Positions 24,899 to 34,200 of a stretch of 64,000 bases of DNA are shown in pieces. The DNA comes from a virus. The position numbers were made by a program, and so were the translations under genes. How positions within the stretch are numbered: position 1 is the first letter of the stretch; each line of letters begins with the position of its first letter. The stretch lies in the IMG/VR virus record IMGVR_UViG_3300027804_002057; one strand, given 5' to 3'. The notes beneath the pieces are model-generated. The model was not told the origin of the DNA. It saw only the letters and a program-made list of their open reading frames with translations, and made no database searches.

Positions 24899-27241
24899 TT
24901 AAGCGTTAAAACTTGCCCCAGTTGGAAGAATGTTGAAATCAATTACGATGAATTCAGCTGTCTTCGCAGGTTGTAGGAATATTTGTCCTGCTAATATGTT
25001 TCTATCAATTACATCAGGTGTGTTATTTGATTCATCCATCACAACTCTGAATGCGTATAAACCTTGTCTTTGTTGGATTCCCTCTAAGTAAGGATTTACA
25101 GTATTCAAGAATCTTGCTCTAGTTGTAGAAGTATTTTGTTCGAACACTAAGTAACGAGATGTAGATGCGATGTACTTCTTAACAGTGATAAGTAATCTTC
25201 TTACGTTGATTCTATCTAATGCTGAAGCCTTATCTTGCAATGTCTTCTGTCCGAATGCTACAATACCTTGTCCAGGGAATGCTGCGATTGGGTTTACTTT
25301 GTTCTCATATAGAGTATCTCTTTCAGCATGTGTAAGTCTATTCAATACACTTACTGCTCCAGTGATACCACCTCTATTCAAACCAGCAGGTGCGAACCAT
25401 TCAGCTGCTAATCTATCGTTAGAAGCGAATACAGCCGGTAATAATACTGATGGTGGAACTGATGTTATTTTGTTTGTATTAGTATCCACTGTCTTAACCC
25501 AAGGATAGTAAGTACCAACATAGTTTGAATCTACTGCGTTTGCTTGCTCAGTTGCTTCAGTTATTGTTGAATTTACTTCAGTAAAGTCAGCGATATAGAA
25601 TGCATCTTGTCTATCTTCTACCATATCAATTACTTTTGTAGTAATAGATGGATGTAAAGAACGAATGATACCAGGAGTTACAACTAAGTTAATATCCCAC
25701 TCATCAGGATTTCCAACAGCGTTAATTGCTTTATTATATGCAATAGAACCACTTGCTGTTGATTTAGAACAGTCAAATCCTTGCGTATTTGCTGCTGATA
25801 TGTTACTTCCTAAGTTTGCTTTAGTTCCAGGGAATAAACCATCGAATCCATATTGGAATCCTAAAGTAAATTGTCTCTTAACCATATCAGATGCAGCCGA
25901 ACCTGTCATCTTATAAGTTAATTGAGAATCAAATGCGAATAGTACGTTTGCACCAGCTGCTGCTCCAACAGGAATAGGTGATAAGTATTGTACGTTATCA
26001 TCAGCTATACCAACAGATTCAAAATCAAATCCACTATAATAAATTGGAGATGAAGATGAGTTGTTTGCTGAACCAGTTTGGTAAACAACTGCAGGTACAT
26101 AAGAATCTTGTGTTGAGTTATTTGTTTGTATTGGATTCACATAAGCTGCATGTCCAAATGGTGCTGCTGAAATTGGGAATGAACCTGCTTCAGATACAAC
26201 TACTCTTACATATTTTGATTTGTTTGAGTAATCACCATTTTCAGTAATCTTACCATCGTTATCGATAGTTAAATATCTATCACCAATTCTTCTAGCAATA
26301 TAGTTTGGAGAAGAAGGGTCTAAGTTTACATTATTAAATGTTTCTACAACTACTTTTCTCTTATCAGTATCACTATAAGAACGAATTGTTACAGTAAATA
26401 CAGAATAATCAGTTGCACCATCTTCACCAGCTGCTTTCACATTTGAAATACCAACTTTGAATTTAGTGTTATATGGAGTACCATGTCCTAAAGTTACAAA
26501 TTTAAATAATTCGTATCTAACATTATTATCATCTTTTTGAGAAATAACCCAAGGTGTTTCAGCTGAAGAAATATCACCATACTTTTGAGTAGGTAATTGT
26601 AATTCACTAACTACCGCTAAAGCCGTATCAGTATTTGAACCGGTAAAGTTTAATGCTACGTTTTCAAAGTATCTATAAACATAAGCTGCTTTAGCACCAA
26701 ATACAGATTCACCAAAAGTATCTGCTAAATCATTTGTTGCAGTGTTTATAATAGATGCAGATATACCAGTAGTAAATGCAGATGCAGAACTTAAAAGTCC
26801 TGATACAACGAAGTTACCACCACCTTCTAAACTACTTGAAATGTTAGTAGATGCGTTTGCAAATCCAACTCCTTTATTTCCGTTAGCTGTTGAGTAAAGA
26901 ACTCCAACTATTTTAGTTCCAACTGATGCAACAGAACCACTAGCTACAATAGCCAAAGGAGCTACTTGGTGATAACCACCAATACCACCAACTCTTACGA
27001 TGGTAGCGCTTCCTGCTTCTTGCAAATATCTTTGTACCGCATATTCGGTATAATAAGTTCCATCAGGTGTTCCGAAAATTTCTTCGAATTCTGATTGTGT
27101 TCTCACAATAGTTGGGATAAACGCTGGTCCTTGCTTAAAAGGTCCTATAAACGCTGCTCCAATTTCTCCTACTCCTTGTGCTAAGAATGATAGGTCATTT
27201 TCTCTTGTGAATACGCCAGGTGATACGATTCTTTCTGCCAT
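24899..27241 (-). CDS. Contractile tail sheath protein (gp18-like)
   Basis: SPGVFTRENDLS, WFAPAGLNRG, LYENKVNPI, GQKTLQ..ASALDRINVRRL, FEQN, QPAKTAEFI. Confidence 0.96.
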   Translation of the reverse strand: MAERIVSPGVFTRENDLSFLAQGVGEIGAAFIGPFKQGPAFIPTIVRTQSEFEEIFGTPDGTYYTEYAVQRYLQEAGSATIVRVGGIGGYHQVAPLAIVASGSVASVGTKIVGVLYSTANGNKGVGFANASTNISSSLEGGGNFVVSGLLSSASAFTTGISASIINTATNDLADTFGESVFGAKAAYVYRYFENVALNFTGSNTDTALAVVSELQLPTQKYGDISSAETPWVISQKDDNNVRYELFKFVTLGHGTPYNTKFKVGISNVKAAGEDGATDYSVFTVTIRSYSDTDKRKVVVETFNNVNLDPSSPNYIARRIGDRYLTIDNDGKITENGDYSNKSKYVRVVVSEAGSFPISAAPFGHAAYVNPIQTNNSTQDSYVPAVVYQTGSANNSSSSPIYYSGFDFESVGIADDNVQYLSPIPVGAAAGANVLFAFDSQLTYKMTGSAASDMVKRQFTLGFQYGFDGLFPGTKANLGSNISAANTQGFDCSKSTASGSIAYNKAINAVGNPDEWDINLVVTPGIIRSLHPSITTKVIDMVEDRQDAFYIADFTEVNSTITEATEQANAVDSNYVGTYYPWVKTVDTNTNKITSVPPSVLLPAVFASNDRLAAEWFAPAGLNRGGITGAVSVLNRLTHAERDTLYENKVNPIAAFPGQGIVAFGQKTLQDKASALDRINVRRLLITVKKYIASTSRYLVFEQNTSTTRARFLNTVNPYLEGIQQRQGLYAFRVVMDESNNTPDVIDRNILAGQIFLQPAKTAEFIVIDFNILPTGASFNA

Positions 27242-27317
27242 TTTATTTCTCCAATTTGTATTTTAGGTTTTGTATTTGTTATTAGTTGTAAAAATACACA
27301 TATAAATATAAAGAAAA

Positions 27318-27359
27318 TGTCCAAAACACAAATCTATTTACTAAACTATGTTTTGGACA
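27318..27359 (-). terminator. 11-bp inverted repeat with 20-nt loop; probable terminator between the fibre and sheath operons
   Basis: tgtccaaaaca ... tgttttggaca, followed by tttt on the minus strand. Confidence 0.5.
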
Positions 27360-27387
27360 CTAAATTATAAAAATATTTCAAATTACC

Positions 27388-27786
27388 TTATACAGGCTGC
27401 GGGTCTACCCCATACATATTACTTCCAGATGTTGGAGCCCAAGGCAAATCTGCTTCCATTACCATTACTCTATGGTACTTATTTACATTGATTTGCTTAT
27501 CTATTTGGCCTTGTATATGGTCCCAATAATTTAATCCACGATTTGAACCACTAACTATATCCTTTACCCAACCTATAACTTGCTCTTCTGTCAAATTTTG
27601 ATATTCGGTAAAATTGTTAGTATCTACTGAATTTAAACTTAGAGGTGTTGCTCCGGTAAAACTACCAGAATAACCATTTTCATCAACTCCTACCAAGTTC
27701 CAATAGGTATTTACCACAACGTTTGATAATTCGTCTGTGTTTTGCTTTTTTATACCTGTTAATTTCCACTCGTATGTATATCCCAT
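27388..27786 (-). CDS. Hypothetical fibre-associated protein, 132 aa
   Basis: YEWKLTG...VVVNTYW...F..YQNLTEEQVIGWV...LPW; a type often found beside phage fibre genes. Confidence 0.7.
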   Translation of the reverse strand: MGYTYEWKLTGIKKQNTDELSNVVVNTYWNLVGVDENGYSGSFTGATPLSLNSVDTNNFTEYQNLTEEQVIGWVKDIVSGSNRGLNYWDHIQGQIDKQINVNKYHRVMVMEADLPWAPTSGSNMYGVDPQPV

Positions 27787-27823
27787 AATGTCTATTTTTT
27801 AATAAATATTTAATTTTATTATT

Positions 27824-28255
27824 TTAATCTTCCAACGAACCACTATAATAGTCTGTTGTTAATAAATGTCTATAAGCTTGCTGAAAATGATTAAGTTCGG
27901 ATGGTACTTCTAACATAAAAATACATTTGTGGTCCATGCCTTGTGTACCAATAGAAACATCATATTTGTTATCTGATGAATTGTTTCCTATAAATCCTAT
28001 CGGTCTAGCATCAGCTTCTCTAGCTGCTTTGTTTTTCCAAATTGTAACAGCAATTTGTGCAGTATATCCAGCTTGCCAATAAACTTCGGTGCCAGGTGTT
28101 GTATCTCTCACAGTTAATTTATCTGGTCTAGAATTATCTACCGGTGGTGCTATATCTGCTATTCTTTTTTTAATAGCTACATCTGTTACAACATGGTATG
28201 CATCTTCAACAACAACTCCAGTACCTGGTATTTCGTAATCTTTTATTAATGCCAT
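27824..28255 (-). CDS. Hypothetical fibre-associated protein, 143 aa
   Basis: MALIKDYEIPGTGVVVEDAYHVV...QAYRHLLT; directly downstream of the fibre gene. Confidence 0.7.
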   Translation of the reverse strand: MALIKDYEIPGTGVVVEDAYHVVTDVAIKKRIADIAPPVDNSRPDKLTVRDTTPGTEVYWQAGYTAQIAVTIWKNKAAREADARPIGFIGNNSSDNKYDVSIGTQGMDHKCIFMLEVPSELNHFQQAYRHLLTTDYYSGSLED

Positions 28256-28258
28256 AAT

Positions 28259-31200
28259 TTATCCTTTATTATTAAATATTAATTTGTTTACAATTTCTTT
28301 CAATTGTTCTATTTCTTTTTGTTGATTTTTTATAATTTCGTTCTGTTCTTTTATTGCTTCTATGAACAAACCAGAGAATTTACCATAATCAACACCATAT
28401 TCATCCACATCTTCTGCGTATGTTACTACTTCAGGAACAACGTTAATTACTTCTTGTGCAATTACACCTATGTTTCTTGTTTTAGTTTCATCATCTTTTC
28501 TATTAAAGTAAACACCTCTTATTCCTAATACTTTATCTAAAGCATTATCAACAGTAATAATGTTTTCCTTTTTACGTTCATCGGAATATGCTACGATATT
28601 ACCTTCCGCATAAATACCACCACCAACATACATTCTATATGCACCGGATGTAGCAGATGTTCCTATACCTAAACAGTTATTGCCTAATGAATGATATAAA
28701 TACCATCTACCATATCCCTCACTATATATACCACCATTACCACTACCATCAAACATCAAGTGTGGGCTATTACCAGTACCAATACTAATACCATACCAAC
28801 CACTTCTACTTCCATCAGCTCTCCAAGAACCATATGATGTAGCGTAGTTTGGATACCAGTGTGCACCATTGTAATCCGAATAGAAGCCCGATGTGGATGT
28901 GTACATCCAACGATATTTGTAGATGTATTCAGAACCACCATTTACTTGCATAATTAACGAACCCATTGGGTAATCGTTATAGAATCTCATACCTTCATAA
29001 GATGGGTTAGCACCTAATTTAATACCAGTATGATATGCAATTCTTAAGTCAGGATAAGGATAGCCCCATCCACCAGCCTCTTGGAACATATTATATGCTT
29101 CAGCACCTATTCCAGAATCACCACCAGGGTAACGGAAACCATATCTTCTACATTCAATAAATTGTAAGTTTGAGTTACTATTAGGGTCACTATACCAAGA
29201 TGTATCATTGTAGTCATATACAATAGGGAATTGGGATTGACCACCAATATCCATTAGGGCTACTCTACTATTGTTGAATCTCCATTCTAAAATATCACCA
29301 CTATCATCACCCCAGTTAATAAGAAGGTTGTAATCATTATAACCACCACCTCTAGTCACCATACCAATTGAAGCACCATCAGATGAACGTTGGAAGTGAA
29401 CTCCAAACATAGCTGCCGGTGAGTACATTGGATATGAACCTTGAACTTGGTCGTATCTACCCAACCATGCAACGTCACTCCAGTTAGGGAAACCATTTGG
29501 TGAGAAATAATCAACTATACGAACTGCACCTCTAAAACTTGCGGAAAGACCAGAAGTACTTGGGTCTATATACCAATAAGTGTCATCTGAATCGTAGAAT
29601 ATTGGTGCTCTGAATGAACCATTTGCCCAAACAGTACTACCATTGTCCCAACGTAAGTTCCAACCATACATTGATGTAGTTGCACCCCAACCTAATCTCC
29701 AATCGTTTGTTGTTTGGTTACCAATCAATCCCCAATATGTAGATGGGTTATTGAATGCAATAAATCCACCAGAGTTATTAGCTCCATTCATTTGAATAGA
29801 GTTACCACCCCATACAACCATATAACGAATTTGTGAAGTTCCGTTAGGGTCTAAGTAGAATGTAGTATCATCTCTATCGTAAATGAAGTTTGTACGAATT
29901 TCATACAAATATGTTCTATTTCCAGAATAGTGGTTAATATAAGTTTCGTATCCGTTTTGGCAATCTAAGTGTAAGTTACCATTCGTTACAACCGCAGACC
30001 CCCAGCTATTTGGTCTACCATTAGAACCCACATACATATATGCTCCCCAAGACGGGTTTGGTCCATGCAATGCCCCACCTCTAATTCTTAAAGCATCATT
30101 ATCAGTTGAGTTAGGGTCTAATTTATATCCAGTATCATTTGAATCATAGAATATTGGTGCTCTTAAAGAGTTAGCTGCCTCTAAGTAGTTATAAACATAA
30201 GTGTAGTTAATACCCCAATATTGGTTTGTATAACGAGTACCAGATGTATTAGTATTATAAAGAACGATACCACCATCTTGCTCAAAACGGAAATAACCTT
30301 GTCCATGGCTAGTATTCATTCTACCCCAATAATATGTATTGGTATTAGCGTTTAAGTTATTATCAACATTATATCCAAATCCAGCACCATTCCAAGTGTT
30401 ACCAGGTTCAGATACCCAAGCCTGTAAACTAACTTCACCTTGTCCAGAACCATTGTATGCAGAACCTAAAGATAATCTCCAAGAAGAACTTCCGTGGTCA
30501 CCAATTACATGCAATCTTTTTGATGGCAATGCGTAACCAACTCCCAAATACCAAAGTCGAGAATCACCATTAGGGTCAACACGATAGTTAGCATCGTTTG
30601 CATCATAGAAAATTGGTGCTCTCATTTCACCAGCAGCATATATGGTACTATTTGACCAAATATATCCCGTATAATGTGAAATCATTGCAGCAATTCTACT
30701 ACTACTATTATATCCAACCCAACCTGGCATTGAAGGTCCATTTGATTGACCTACAAAGAATGTTTCTGCGCCTACAGTTGAATATGTACCATACGTTTGT
30801 CCAGATTGAGAACCTTTATTAAAATAGAATATACCCCAACCTCTAGCATTCTCTTGGAATATCCAGTTATTTGCTTCGGATGTGTTAGATACTAAGAATG
30901 TACCACCATCGTTATTTTGAATTACATATGAATTTACAATTAATTCATTTAAACGAGATGTTCCATTAAAATCTAAATAATAAGAACCATCAGTACTATC
31001 CTGAATATATGGAAGATATAAGTTATTTGAAATTCTTACATGTTGGTCACCTCTACCAATACTCATTAATATTGTACTACTTACACCAGGTGAATCGTTA
31101 AATATTGTAGTACCACCATATGATGCATTACCACCCAATTCTAAACCAGTGTGCCATCCTAAAGAAAGTCTTGTATATGTAGAGTATCCATTGTTATATG

Positions 31201-34200
31201 GAGATTTTACATACATCATATAGTACGGTTGGCTATCAGTTCGTTGTCCTGATGAAATACCAGTTGCAGAACCTACTGCCGATGGGTCAGTTGTACTATT
31301 TGCTAAGTTAATATGTCTTGTATTACCACTTGTCTGCCCAGTTCTAAAGAAGAATGTACCATCATCATCATAAAAACGGTCACCCCAAATTTCAGGTGCT
31401 CTAAATGAAGATGCTGCGGTTGTGTTACCAGTGTTTGTTACATAAAATACTCTGTTACCATTATTATTTCCTTGCCATATAGTAAAATGGTCAAATGAGT
31501 TTTCACCAGCACCAACACCACCATCCGTATTAAGAACAATATGAACACCACCAGCTGAGCCTAACTCCACCCAATACCTAGTACCATCGGAGTTTGCATA
31601 TCCTTGAGCTGGATAACCATTTGCTCTTATATAAGTTCCATAATCTCCACTTGCTCTACGGAATCCTAAAGTACCATCCAAGTTTAAGTTAGTAAATCTA
31701 GAAGTACCAGTTGGGTCAGCTAAGAAGTTACCATCATTGTTATCTATAAATTGAGTTGCGTAAATAGGACCTAATACAGTTGTATTTGATGCTAAAGTAT
31801 TATCAACTTCTTCAATCTTAAATCCAATAAATTCAGCATTTCCACTATATCCACTATACAAATAGTTGTGTAAAAATCCTAACTGCATGAATCTTGCGTA
31901 TGAATACCAAGTATATCCAGCACCAGACCCAGCAGGTCCAATAGTCATTGTGTATTCTGTCCAAGAAGATGGTGCTACACCACTCCAATAATAAGGTTGT
32001 CCCCAACCACCATTATCAGGTTGAGAATAATCATATGCAGCTTGCGTAAATGAAAGATAGCAATATGGATTACCAGATGTTGTTCTTATCCAAGCAGAAA
32101 CTTTATATGTTTTTGTTCTATCAATTGGCACCCATCCGTTTTGTCTCCATCCTGCCCAAGCGGCAAAGTTTCCACTATGTGCATATGAACCAATTGGAGA
32201 ATCCGTTAGACCTGTTCTATACTGCATACCACCCCAAACATATCCACCATCACCAGCATGCCAATTACGAGTTTGGTATTTACCATCCGGCACAAACATA
32301 CCAAATATCTTAGAACCATTTGAAGTGTTAGTTGATATATCACCACCAAATTCCATTATATCAACAATAGATGTACTATTAGGGTCTAAATAATACCCAG
32401 TATTATCTCTATCATATAAAATAGGTGTATCAATTCTACCAGAAGCATATACTAAAAATCTTTCAGTATCACCACTATATCCAAATCCGAAGTAATCATT
32501 AGTACCATTATCATCAGATACAGAGAAATACATTCTAGCCGTATTTGATGATTCATAGTGTCTAATATAACCAGGATCGTTTGATTGTGCATTAAAGTTT
32601 ATGTAAGAGTTTGTTCCACTTTTACTAATTGTAATATTTCCACCAGTTGCATAGAAGTTACCAGAACCATCAATTACTCTTGTTGTAGAATATGTACTAC
32701 TATTTGCACCAAAATCATTATTACCAATATAATAACCAATAGCTGAGTTTACAAATCCACCATTGGTTGCATTTATAATTCTTGCTTGTAAAAATCCACC
32801 ATTAACATCTCCATCTGCACCAAATCTTTGTCCACCACCAACATAAATGCCATTTATTGTTGGATTTTCATCTGAGTAGTTCCAAGAAGCACCATCGCCA
32901 TCAGGGTTTATTGGGATATAAACACCATCGGTTACTTGACTTCTAAAATGTGCAGGTGTTGATTTTCTTAAATAGTTATCTCCTGTACTTTGAGTCCATA
33001 TTTGTCCAATAGTAGGATTCTCAGAGTTACCTGCTGAAAAGTTTGCGTATGTACCAAAAACATATTGGAATGAAACGTTATCAGATGTTCTAACGTTTTG
33101 GTTCATATTAGCTGCATATGAATACGTTGTTGTATCCATTATACGTTTCCATGAACCATATGATGATAATCCACCACCACTACCTCTTATCCAAAGGTTA
33201 TCGTTATCAGTAAATCCTAATTGTCTTGTACCACCACCAGAAGAATCACCCCATTGTTGGAATGTTAATACTCCGTGATATGTACCACCATCACTTAATC
33301 CATCAGTACTATTTGCTAAGAAATCTGCTCTTACTTTTCTACCACCTGTTTGAGGACCTGTTACAGAACTTCTTGTATCAAATACATTTAATTGGTCTGT
33401 TGATGTTGAATTACCAGTTAGTGGTCCAGTGATACCTGCAAAAGTTACTGAATCAGTTGTTCTGATGTTTTGATTCATTAAATATACTTCGGTAGCTCCA
33501 ATTCCTGTATCAATTGTACCACTTAAAGTTACATTACCTTCTACTCTAAAGTTTGTATCTGCTGTCCATCTACTATTTGCCTCACTCCAATAAAATTGTC
33601 TTGTTGCTGAAGCGTTTCTTACAACTTCAATACCAGAGTTTACGTTTATAGGTGAACCACTTCCAGTTGCATAACCTGTAAGAGTTATCATACTATCATT
33701 TGTAGAAAGAGTTACGGTATTAATTGAAGTTGTTGTACCACTAACAGTTAAGTTACCAGTAATTGTTGCATTACCAGTTACTCTAAGGTTTGTACCATCA
33801 AACGTTAAATTACTTTCAACAGTTCCGTTTGGAGCAGTTCCGTTTAATGTGATTACACCATTATCAGTTGTACCACTTAATGATAATAAACCAGAAGTAC
33901 CACCACTACCAGAAGTACCTGCTGTACCACCAGAACCAGACGTTCCAGAAGAACCACCGCTACCAGATGTTCCACCACTACCAGAAGTTCCTGATGTGCC
34001 AGAAGTTCCCGAAGTACCCGATGTACCACCTGAACCAGCAGTACCTCTAGTTCCCGATGAACCACCACTACCAGACGTTCCCGATGTACCGCTTGTACCA
34101 GAAGTTCCAGAAGAACCACCAGAACCAGAAGTTCCACCACTACCAGAAGTTCCCGATGAACCCCCAGAACCAGAAGTTCCTGAAGTACCACCACTACCGC

